Of a stretch of DNA of 64,000 nucleotides, positions 13,150 to 24,692 are shown in pieces. This DNA is from Oculina patagonica. Taxonomy: Eukaryota. The DNA lies in contig NC_135761.1 in the NCBI RefSeq assembly GCF_052425735.1, positions 62,806,001 through 62,870,000 of the forward strand. Direction: 5' to 3'. The position numbers were made by a program, and so were the translations under genes. Within the stretch, counting starts at the first letter, position 1; each line of letters opens with the position of its first letter. Under the pieces are notes generated by a model. The model worked only from the letters and a program-made list of their open reading frames with translations. It searched no databases and was not told the DNA's origin.

Positions 13150-13900
13150 TTTTAAGCCTGAGTTCCCAATGAAACACCCGGAGAAAGAATTCCCACAGAG
13201 CCACAGCCTAAAAGGCTAAGCTGCTCTGCTGCTTCACGGATAAAGCCAAACAATATTTGGTTTAAAAGATTAAAATATTTAAATATTTAAATAAATGTTT
13301 TTATTTTTTTTTAAGCCTGTCAATTGAAGTTCCCAATGAAACACCTGAAAAAAGAATTCTCACAGAGTCACAGCCTAAAAAGGCTAAGCTGCTCTGCTGC
13401 TTCAGGGATAAAGCCAAACAATATTTGCTGTCAAAGATTTAAATTAATGTTCAATGTGTTTAAGCCTAAATTTTTAATTTTAGTTCCCAATGAAACACCT
13501 GGAGAAAGAATTCTCACAGAGCAACAGCCTAAAAAGGCTAAGCTGCCCTGCTGCTTCAGGGATAAAGCCAAGCAATATCTGCTGTCAAAGATTAAAATTA
13601 ATGTTCAATGCGTTTAAGCCTAAATTTTTAATTTTAGTTCGCAATGAAACACCTGGAGAAAGAATTCTCACAGAGAAACAGCCTAAAAAGACTAAGCTGC
13701 TCTGCTGCTTCAGGGATAAAGCCAAACAATAAATGCTGTCCAAGATTAAAATTCATGCCGAACGATACTTGGTTCAAAATATTTAAATTATTATTTTAAT
13801 GTTTTAAGCCTGAATTTAAGTTCCCAATGAAACAAATGTTCAATGAAACACCCGGAGAAAGAATTCTCACAGAGCCACAGCCTGAGGAGGCTAAGCTGAG
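13150..13900. repeat. Tandem repeat, about 154-167 bp unit, about 5 copies
   Basis: TTCCCAATGAAACACCTGGAGAAAGAATTCTCACAGAG...AGGCTAAGCTG recurs near 13163, 13330, 13484, 13638 and 13840. Confidence 0.9.
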
Positions 13901-15352
13901 CAAACGATATTTGGTCTCTAAGATTTAATTTTTTTAATTTAGCTTCTGTTTATAAAGTTTTAAATTTTGCAGTGTATTAAATGGACAAAAAATATATCAA
14001 TAAATGCGAAACCTTGGAATAGACAGTTTCGCAAGTTGATACATACACAATGTACTAATAAATGTTAAGAACTGAAGCATTTTTAAATGCTTTTAAAAAG
14101 CAATCACGAGAACTTACATTTCCTATGTCGCCGGTTACCACACAGTCGATATCCTCATGCAGTCGTGTGAACTTTTTGATTTGCAGCGCGACTTAGAAAG
14201 TGCAGCGGCGTTTCGAACAAGATGGCGGGAAACTCACTTCTTCCCACCATTTCACCGAAGGATGTGAATTTGTAAGTCTCGGACCGCATGGAACTCCACT
14301 AAACCGCTTTATTTATCGCCTTTCGGATTTTTTCTCGCCGGAGCTTTGGTCAGAATACAAAAAGAGCGAAAACGATGTCTCTCGCCGATCGACTTTCGCG
14401 CCATATTTACAATCGGCTAGATCGTAGATTGCTACCTCGAGCTCCACGATTACACCTAATACCGGGCTCTGTGCTGGCTACGATATTTAAATTAGTCTGC
14501 AAGACAACTTATTCGAAACACCACACCGATTTGTAGTCTTAGAAAGCGAAGATTCAAACAATTTGTGACGAGATGACTCACGCACATGCCGCCATTCTTT
14601 CTCACCCTTGTTTTCCCTATTATTAGTTACGTATTAGATATTCGCACCGCATGATCATCTTCCATAAATGTCCAGATTATCTGGTCTTCTTCATTTACTC
14701 ACGCCGTGACATTTGCAACACCACAATTACCGCAAAGTACACGGTCACGACAGATCGCTAACCACCTAGTACCTAACACCACTGACCGGAAATTAAACTC
14801 ATACCCTGCTGCGAATTTCAAAGTCGCAAGAAGCTCGTCATGTCCAGTTTTGGCTTTTTTTTTGTGAGTTGGGTGAAGTGGATAAGAGATATATTAAGAT
14901 TTTTTATATAACTATATAATCGGTAAGTGAAAGGAAATAAATCCGTACTCTACAGTAATGAGCGCATCTGTTTTTATTCGGAGGAGGAATGTTGAGTCAA
15001 AAAATGATGTCCGTGCTAACGAAATAAACGATAACATGCTATACACCAATCACAAAGTAACTTTTACAACGTGTAAGAATTCTTTTACCATTTGGAACAG
15101 TGCTCCGCGTGAGATTTTTCCAATCATGCATCGTTCTAATAAAGACTGATGTCATTCAAATTTACTACCCAGTAATACACAATGGTGTTAAAAGATTCCA
15201 ACGCTGAACTTATTACTCCAGTCTTTTTGTTAGATAAGCTGACACAAGTACAATCACTAAAAGTCAGTAAAAGTATCTTCCTAATAAATTGGCAAAGGCC
15301 ATTGTGTGCCTATTACATATGATACAAAGATTTAGAGGAAGACTATTTTATT

Positions 15353-18300
15353 CTAGATATCTGCAACACGAGCCATTTCAGCCAAGGTGCCTCCTTCTCT
15401 ATTCATTAGTAAATCAAACCTGTCATATTCGTCAACCTCTCCATTTTTTAAAACTAAAATCATGTCACAGTCTCTAATGGTATTCAGACGATGAGCTATA
15501 GTGATGACTGTCGAGTCACTCAGTTTGTCACGCACTACATTCCAGATTGTTTGCTCTGTGTCTGGATCCACGTGTGCAGTAGGCTCATCAAAGATGACGA
15601 TCTTGCTTTGCTGCAACAGTACACGAGCCAAACAAAGTAACTGGCGTTCTCCTACACTGACATTTGCACCATGTTCCAACAGCTCGTATTCCAGTTTTCC
15701 CTCCAGACTTTCCACAAACTCTTTTAGTTGCACTTCCTCTAAAGCTCGCCACAAATCTGCATCTTGAAACTGCTCCACAAGATCGAGATTTTTTCTAAGT
15801 GATCCACTAAAAAGGACGGGACTTTGGCCAAGAATGGATATGCCTCGTCGTGCTTGTTGAAGATTGATCTCTTTTACTGGAATACCATCTACAAATATCT
15901 CTCCATCAGCGTCTGGCATGCGTATAAGAGCTGCAACAAAAGATGACTTTCCAGCACCCGTGCGGCCTGCTACACCGATCTTGGCTCCTCCTTTGATGTT
16001 AAGATTAACGTTCTTCAGTACTTGCGGTCCCCCCGGATAGTACGTCAGTGAAACATCTTGCAGTGAGATATTCCCTTCGCTTGGCCAGTGTTCCGGGGGA
16101 AGTCGTTCCACCTTGTATCCAGGCTCAGAGTCGAGTTTTGTGTAGGTCACAACTCGTTCAACAGACGTCATTAAATTCTCTACCTCTGAGGTTTTTCTGA
16201 CAGCATATTGAGTGACGGACGTAGTTTGGATGACGTAGACAAGGGCAAGTCCAGCTAGAGCTAATAAAAAGATTTAAATGAATATCAGTAAACTTACTTT
16301 ATAAGCTCTTAACTTAAAGCAAGCATTTTGGAACGCACGTTTTAAGATAGGTTTCTATCTGTGTGATCGAAAATAGTGTTATAAGTGCTTTCTTGGTTAT
16401 TTCATGGTTTCCCTATATAAGGACGGATATTGTTTTTAAGAAGATAATTGTAACTAAGAAAATTAAGAATTGAATATTAATAATGAACTGTTATTGTTTG
16501 CCCGAAGAGCAAGTCCGTTGGCCGTTTACGTATCAGAGGCAGCAAGTCAGGAGGCTTTATCGTACCAAATGATATTCTTTTGAAAAGCCTCAAGAAAGAG
16601 ATAAAACAGACAAGAAGGCTAAATCACACTCAATATAACACCAAAATGGCAGCATTGATGGCCCACCTTATACCAGCTCAGAAACACCCTAAAACTGAAT
16701 ACAAATAGACAGCACATACCCGCGTATAACGTGGGCGGGGAAGGGGTGTTTCGGGACCTGACGACGCGATGCGTTCTTATCGGCAGGACGTTCGTGCTCT
16801 CCTATGAGTCCGAAAACTTTACAATATGGATGAAAATACACAAAAGCTAAATGGGCACAAATAATGGGACACGTTGTGGTTCTACCCGAACCAAATATTT
16901 GATAATTTTTTTCGAGACTCGAAAAGATATTCATTAAGAGGTATACCTACCGGCGTCTTGAGACTGCAAAACTGCCGCCAAAGCGACTGCCCCAATAAAC
17001 AGGGAAGCGAGACAATCCAGGCGTACACCAAGCCATCTGATACTGGCCAACACCATAATACTCGATTGATTATGTAAATCTTGATATCTAGAAGGAGGAA
17101 ATCACATGACCTTTCATGTACATTTAGTACAATTTCTTTCAATATATTTCTTTTGGGGAATATTTATATAAATACCTGAAAATTCTAGCAGCAAGAATAA
17201 TAAGTAAATATGCACGGTTTGCCAACTTTTAGTAGAAGCAGAATTGCCAGAATCTTTTGGCCTATATACGTCTTCTGTAACGTCCGCGCCATTCACAGTC
17301 TGCTTGTGGATACCGCAGAACTGAAATGATTTGACATTGAAGTTTATAAACTTTACCATTTTTTCAGAGAAATGTTTCCAAAGTCTGAATAAGTTAATTG
17401 TGAAAATGCAAGTCAAATCCTCTCTAGACACATTGCGATGACCGTCACCAAACCACAATCATACTACAGTTATATTAAACTGTATATAGCAAGTACCTGT
17501 AAAACTGATCCACGTAATCTCTTTGTTTCCCTCTCGTCCGAATCGTATCCAGCCCATTCAGGGTCTCTGAAATGTGAGAGAAGACGGGACTTCGGCATAT
17601 GGACTCTAGCCGTTTCAGCTCCCTGGACGTCTTCAACTGATACGTGGATAGATACAGGAATAAACAAACCAGCGGGACAACTAGAAGCAAAAGCCAAGGG
17701 TACGTTGCAGTCGGCACGACTACTGATGCAAACACCAGCAAAGAATACTGGATTGAAGATAGAAAGGTTTTGGGTAACAGCTCGTCCAGGCAGCCTACAT
17801 CTTTAGAGAATCGATTGAGAATTCTTCCCACGGGATTTGAATCAAAGAACAGAACTGGTGCTTGCAAAATTGCCCCAACCATTTTGTCGTGAAGATGCTC
17901 AGAGCATCTTAAAGAGACGAAATGGAATCCACATGATTGAATGAGGCAAAGAGTGAGTGACGCACCGACTAGGCAGCCATAGATAGCTAGGTTCGTATCA
18001 TCTTTTTGGTATTCTGGAGCTTTCTTTGTCATGAAGGAGAGCCACACATCAGGAGCGACTGTCATTGCTACAACAAAATATGAAAAGAAATATAATGAGA
18101 ATGAGGTTCCCAATCGCCTTTTCATTATTAATGCTTGAATCGCAGATGATGCTTTAATTAGCAGACGATGCATGCATATCTCACTCAGAGAGTTGTAAGA
18201 ATGGATATTATTACGAACTGATGCCTGAAGAGAGGCCTGGACGCCTGGATGCATTGTTGTTCGAGCACGATGGAAGCACCGATGCCTGAATTTATGGATG

Positions 18301-21300
18301 CACTGACACCTGCATGCCTGTGCATTAATTGGACCCACGTCATAGCATGCACGCCTGGATGCATTGTTGTTCGAGCACGATGAAAGAACCGATGCCTGAA
18401 TTTATGGATGCACTGACACCTGCATGCCTGTGCATTAATTTATCCCACGTCATAGCATGCACGCCTGGATGCATTGTTGTTCGAGCACGATGGAAGCACC
18501 GATGCCTGAATTTATGGATGCGCTGACACCTGCATGCCTATGCATTAATTGGACCCACGTCATAGCATGCACGCCTGGATGCATTGTTGTTCGAGCACGA
18601 TGGAAGAACCGATGCCTGAATTTATGGATGCACTGACACCTGCATGCCTATGCATTTATTGGACCCACGTCATAGCTAGCACAGTAATGAACATTAAAAG
18701 AACAAAAAGCAACCCTTACACCAATTAATGCATAAAACAAAACTAATTATTCGTAGACCAGAAGTAATCAGGCAATAAAAACATTTCGATCATCTAAAAT
18801 AATTTTTTTTACTGAGTTCCTATGCGTGTTGACGTCACGAACTCTTGCCAGTGTAATTCTCTTTTGCGAAAGAGACAAAATGCACCAGACACTGATCAAT
18901 ATGTCAGTGTAGCATGCCATTCTTGCAAATCATCAAAAGTTTTGATGTGTTTCAGCTTTTTAGAGACCATACATGCCTTCATACATGTAATAACTGTGCA
19001 ATACGTGTGACGACTACAAAAGAGTCACGCATGGCGAGGCATTGTTCATTTCGCGCAATCTCGAAAGCTTTTATTTCGGGCGTTGGACAAAAGTCACGTT
19101 TCGTTGAACGAAACTCTTCTTTAACAATACATTTATCTACAAGACAGTTTTTTTTTATTTTAAAAAATACTGAATCTTACCTTCAGTAGTGAAACACAAA
19201 CAAATCACTGCAAAGATTACCAACCAATGCATTCCGCTTCTGAAGTATTCCCAGTAAAGCTTGTGTGACACTACTCCGATGCTGCGATCCTCTTGGGATA
19301 TTTGCAAATTCTTCGCTTCACTGGGGAGTTGTGTCGCCATTTTTTCACAGCTGGTATCAGCAACTTCACGCTCTCCTCCATTTTCGAGCATTAAGCTCTT
19401 AACTGACGCCCCGTTCTTTTGAGCTGCAGTAAAGAGCGGATCAACAGTTGAGTTAAGAACACCTCGTTCTTGTAGCTCTGTGAAACTTCCCTTTTCCAAC
19501 ACACGGCCTTTAAACAAAACGATCACTTGATCAGCCTCTTTCATGTGCTGTTCATGATGAGAGGTTAAAATACAGGTTTTGTCCCCAAGAAGATCTTTAA
19601 TGCAATTTTCAAAAATATGTCTGCCAACTTTATAATCTACAGCACTCAGAGGGTCGTCCAACAAGTATAGGTCTGCATCGGCGTAAACTGCACGTGCTAA
19701 GCTTACTCTCGCCTGCTGACCTCCACTCAGAACTTCACCGCGTTCTCCTACGACTGTTTGATCATGGTCAGGAAACTGCTGGATGTCGTCTTTAAGAGCG
19801 CAAGCTTCAATTACTCTTGTGTACTTGGGTTCATCGTATGGTTGGCCAAACAAAATATTTTCTCTGATGGTTCCAGAAAATACCCAAGCATTTTGTGGAA
19901 CGTAAGCAAGAGTTCCTTGGCAGAATATTGTTCCTCTTGTTTCTGAAAGCTCCCCAGCGATAGCTGATAGAAGAGTAGATTTCCCACTGCCCACTGGTCC
20001 GGTGATAACTGTTAAACTTTGTGGCTCTGTGGTAAATTCGATATCTTGCAGAATGAATTCATCTTCCCGCTTGATATTTGCGTACGTCAGACTCGACACA
20101 CATAAAGTCGTTGTGGGCTTGTCCCGATATCCTTCTTGATTAAGGATGGGAAATGCTCCTGTTTTCTCTAGATGTTCCAACGGACCACTAGTAAATTCGT
20201 TTGAGCTGCTGTCTGTGTTACTTGGATCGTCTCTGGGCTGACTACGTGAGATCGCAGGTAGGTTTTCTAAAAGAAGAAAGTCTTCTATTCTTCCTAAGGA
20301 CACAAACGCGTCGTATGTTCCCAGGAAACCAACAGCTACGAAAACGCAAATGAATATATTAAGCACATTAAGAAGAGAGACCAGCATAAAGACAGTAGTA
20401 GGCGTGATAGGATGACCTGTGAGCAGAAGTGTGATGACTGACAACAGGGTGGCCACTGGGGTTGACGTAAAACGCAAGGCATCAATCACTGATAAGATAA
20501 TACTTTTCCTACGGATGATGCTAATCTCCTGCCTGCAAAAGAAATCAAGATTTTAGTAAATGTAATCAATGGCACGGTAAATACACTTCCCATTGTTTTT
20601 TGTTTTTATTAATTGCTATTTACCTTCTTTTCTTTTTCCTTTTGTCTATGACAACGTTATTGCAATTATATAAGGTGTATGTGTTCAAATGACACAATAG
20701 TAGAATAATAATTGCTAATATTTCCCTGGAAGTTGCGACAAGAAAAAACTCCCAATGGATTCGGCTGACGTTTTAACATCCTTGTTGCTAGACAATTCAG
20801 ACCACGTGATAATTCATTTCATGACTTACAAACGCGCAACTGACTGCATGGGAGTACCTACAAAGAGAACATTTGTAACTTCCCAAATGAATCATCACAT
20901 GATCTGAACTGGGTGTCAGCAAGGATGTAAATGAGTTAGCCAAATCCGTCTATTCTTATTTTCTCCATACCTTCTAGTATGTTTTATCTTTTCTCGGTAT
21001 GCATCTTCCCACGCATGCGTTTTGATGGCACGAATCCCAGAAACAACTTGATTCATTAAGGAGATGCGCCAGTCTGAAAACGTCGCTGTGCGAAGACGCA
21101 GTGCGGCACCAACATAAGACAATCTGGCATAATATGGCACAAGAAGGCACAGGAAAGCAAATCCCATAAGAGCCTGCCAGCCAATAAAATACACGAGTAG
21201 AACCGTTGCCACCACGACGAAAAGGAACCCAAAAGGCATAAGGAACAAATGCATGATAGTTTCTTCCTCCATTCGTTGAACATCGTTCGATATAAGGTCG

Positions 21301-22568
21301 ATCACATGACCAGTTTTAAATTTCCATAGCGCATCCTTGCTGAGGAGAAGCGTCTGCAAAAGAAGAAAGGCTAAGTATAAGTTTCTGTCCCTAAATCACT
21401 GTCACTGGATCTGTATGTCGACCAGAAGGGTAAACTTGATTGTGGTTTATTTCTTAGGGCCATTAATTTGTAGAAAGATTAGTCAATTTGGATGAGGCTT
21501 CCTAATAAAGAATTTAGCATCAATTTTCCATCAACTAATAAACAAATGTTTTTTTACCGTCAATGGCCAAATGATTGCTTTTTTGCCTGGATAGGATGCT
21601 AGTCCACTGCAGGTAATAACACCTTAGCATTTCGGTAGGTTGCCCTAATGATTCACTAGTTGCCTTTCACCCCTGGATCGAGGCGAGGGTCAGCACAGAA
21701 AAGTGTCTTGCCAACAGTAAGTTTGAGATCACTGGTCAGTAACAACGAAATCATTTGCATCTTAAGGGCCCCTGGAGGAAACTATTATGTAAGGGTATGG
21801 GGAAAATCTGTATTCCTTTTGCATTTTAGTGCATCTAAATGAGACAGCTAAAAGTAAAAAAGAATATATGTTCATAACGCAAAATAAAAATAACAGTAAT
21901 AATGACGATTAGATAGGTGCCGTGAACTAAGACAACTTCTGCGTTTGAAGCCTTCTATGCAGAAGAATTAAAACAAGACCTGTTAAAGGTACTGTTTTGC
22001 TATTACTTAGCACATGGATACTAACCTTACTGTAAACGAGACCTTTAAGGGCGCTACTGATTCTCATACCAAGCATTTGAGCTCTGTAGTTTTGGTGATG
22101 CATAGCTATAGAACCGATGAGAGCACATAAACACATTGCTAATGCACAACCGTAGAAAAGATAATAATTCTTCGGACCAGCTAACATCAGGGTAGAAATG
22201 AGATACCCGAGAAACAATGGCTGAAGAACGCGGGAAAGAGAATACAAAAAGCCAGAGAAGGCAATAATCAATGCATCCTTTACAGAAAGTATCTTCAGGA
22301 CGCTTTTCCACAGTTTAGGCTTTTTTCCGCTTTTCTTGCATTTTGTTTCTTCTTTGTTCCAGTTTGATTGAAGCTGTTCGGTCAAGAAACCGGCAGAGTT
22401 TTCCTTTGAAAGCGGTAAAAAATCATTCTGGTTTAATGTTCGTTGACTGCCTGTCTTGAATACATTGTTCATCCATTGAAAGAGAAGAAGAGACACAAAG
22501 CTGACTTTTTCTTCATCGCCGTCAGTCAGGTCATCGGTAGAGATCTTCTTGTATCCGTTCTTTGTCAT
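15353..22568 (-). CDS. ABCC4: ABC transporter subfamily C, MRP4/ABCC4-like (TMD1-NBD1-TMD2-NBD2), 1297 aa
   Basis: Six in-phase GT-AG exons: 22568-22026, 21353-20971, 20532-19181, 18067-17497, 17087-16951, 16260-15353 (3894 nt). NBD1 has [13 protein letters not shown] and LYLLDD; NBD2 has [20 protein letters not shown] and IAHRL. Also [10 protein letters not shown] and RSPVFSH. No TMD0. An acceptor at about 22579 implies an upstream non-coding exon. Confidence 0.95.
18241..18676. repeat. 110-bp tandem repeat x4 in ABCC4 intron
   Basis: ACGCCTGGATGCATTGTTGTTCGAGCACGATG...GTCATAGCATGC starts at 18241, 18351, 18461 and 18571; copies nearly identical. Confidence 0.95.
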
Positions 22569-22944
22569 GACATTAGATCTGCAAACTAAGATGAAAAAAA
22601 CAAAGGTAGTTTAAACATAGCTCTACATGAGTTGAATAATTATTGCAACAGGATTTTTGCTAAAAACACTATAATTTAAATGCCAACGTCTGCGAGAAAC
22701 TTTAATTTATGCATAAGGTTCGTCGGAGGTTCGGCTCATGAAAAGTTCGGCGTCTGAATCAAAGCCAGTCCACAGGCGTTTTTTTTGCCAAAGCCAGACG
22801 GGAAGAACGGCTGAGCCGCTCCAAATTTAAATAGCCGTTCTTAACTGATTCAGAAGACGAACTTTTCGGCTCATGAATATATTTAGGAACTGAATTGGGC
22901 CTAATCTGTTCAGTTTCGCGCCAAAATGTTAATTGCAAATGCTC

Positions 22945-23135
22945 TTCTTATTATATGAATATAACGAGGCATTTTAACAACGCGAACAAAATTGACGCGT
23001 AATAAATTTAACGCGAAATTGAGAAAAGTTCTGGTTAAATGCTTATAGTAAACGTGTTTATATTAATTAACATCAATAAAATTAACGCGAATTTTTGAAA
23101 TTCGCGTTAATAACATGTATCGTTAATTTCCTATT
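22945..23135. mobile_element. Internally deleted MITE, same family as 37185-37737, opposite orientation
   Basis: Shares both ends (CTTATTATA..AATATAACGA.GCATTTTAACAACGCGAACAAAA; TTCGCGTTAATAACATG..TCGTTAATTTCCTAT). Confidence 0.65.
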
Positions 23136-23504
23136 GTTTCAGTTTCCCTACTTGTAAGAGCTGGTCAGATTAATTTGGACCAATAATGTTATTGCTCGCG
23201 GTCATCGACACGTTGTTTCGCTTGCCGGAAAATCAAGATTTACGATTCCTTGCCACGTCTCTTGGTCTGCAAACTGACAAGGAAGACTAGAGACAGTTCA
23301 TAGCTGGATTGTTGAACATTCAGTGTAAGCCAAGGGTTGGATTTAAGGCTAGCGCTCTTTTATATCGCTTAGCATTTCTTAATCGGAATTTCATTGTTTG
23401 GATTGGCTAAGTTCTTTTGATTAACAAAATTTAAAAAAAAATTAAAAAAGAAAGGCATTTTTAACATAATTTTTCAATGGCTCTATGGCTTTGTTTCACG
23501 TGGA

Positions 23505-24692
23505 AATAAAGGAATTTATTTTTTTCCAAGAGGGCACGGTAACGAATCCTGCAATCTGATTGGTTCTTAGCGCGGGCAAGATTCTCCTATCTCTGCCCGC
23601 TTCCACGGGCCACGGTAACGCTTTCGTGAGTTTAATTTCGCGGCGAGACGAACTAGTCCATGACAGTTTTGCTCTCCAAAATCGATGTTGTTGCTCACCA
23701 ACCGTTGTTAAATTTGAATGGGAAAATTAGCAGTGGAATTAAAGGCCTTGAAGTTCTCTTAAAGGCGAGTATTCATGATCTTTATTGACAAAATGAAGTT
23801 ATTGTTTTATGATCGTGGTTTGTCGATCGATGTTTGTGCATTCGCACTGATTTTCACGCCATTGCGGTTAACTGCAAGTCGGCGGGTATACAGACTCGAT
23901 TTATCCGTTCAAACACCTTGCTTTTCTGCTACTTTTCTCCAAAAACGGATACTGCTTATCGCCATTCAAGAAAATGAGAGGCTTTTTTTTAATAACGGTC
24001 AAATTAATTCTCGCAATATTGTGCCGTGTGTAGGCGACCAAACTACACATTTCAGCTTCATTCAGTTTCACTTTCGCAAACTTTTTATCAAAACAGAATA
24101 CTGTGGGAATAAACACATAGGTTTTTGACTCGTTAAATACAAATGTAAATAGCTGGAAAATATGTGTTGTAAGTGCTTTCCAGTCCGAAAAGTAAGTTTA
24201 ATTAACTGAAAGAACTCACAAGCCGAAATGGAGTTCAAAGTGTTTCGCAACTCGCTGATTTTTTATACTCTGTTTTGGTTCTACATTGTGCTTTTTATTA
24301 TTTCAGATGCTTTTTTCTTGCTTTTCTGATGAACTTTTCCTTGAGTACTGTTCATTTTAGCGAATTTAATTTGTTTGGCAGTAAGCTCTTTAATATAGCA
24401 GTGAATATAGCAAACGAATCATTCTTCACTCTTGCCGTAGACTCACTAGGATGCGCGCGGATAATACAAACACATTTTGCAAGAAAATCTTTGTAGGTTT
24501 TTTTAATCAAACACATTAGAGGTAGGAAAAAAATAAATAAGTTATTTACCGGCTTAGGGTCAGTCCGTATAGTGAAAAACTGTGACCTCGGCCTTGAAAA
24601 TGCTGCCCTCGGCCTGCGGCCTCGGGCAGCATTTTCAGACCTCGGTCACAGTTTTTCACTATACGGACCTCCCAGCCGGCAAATAACATATA
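23505..24692. mobile_element. Non-autonomous hairpin-ended element (possibly Crypton-like)
   Basis: One end carries AATCTGATTGGTTC; the other is a ~150-bp imperfect palindrome (24540-24688) centred on CCCTCGGCCTGCGGCCTCGGG. No terminal inverted repeats. The superfamily is an inference. Confidence 0.55.

Noticed and set aside
16951-17087. Suspected frameshift in the small ABCC4 exon
   Set aside because: Recounting the G4 run gives an open frame (YQDLHNQ...[17 protein letters not shown]) with correct splice phases.
18068-18526. N-terminal extension of ORF 17475-18338 and ORF 18329-18526
   Set aside because: Chance open frames through intron and minisatellite sequence; the exon starts at the 18067 acceptor.
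13150-18676. CRISPR-like arrays in the tandem repeats
   Set aside because: Units are 110-167 bp tandem copies without unique spacers, in a eukaryotic context with no cas genes.
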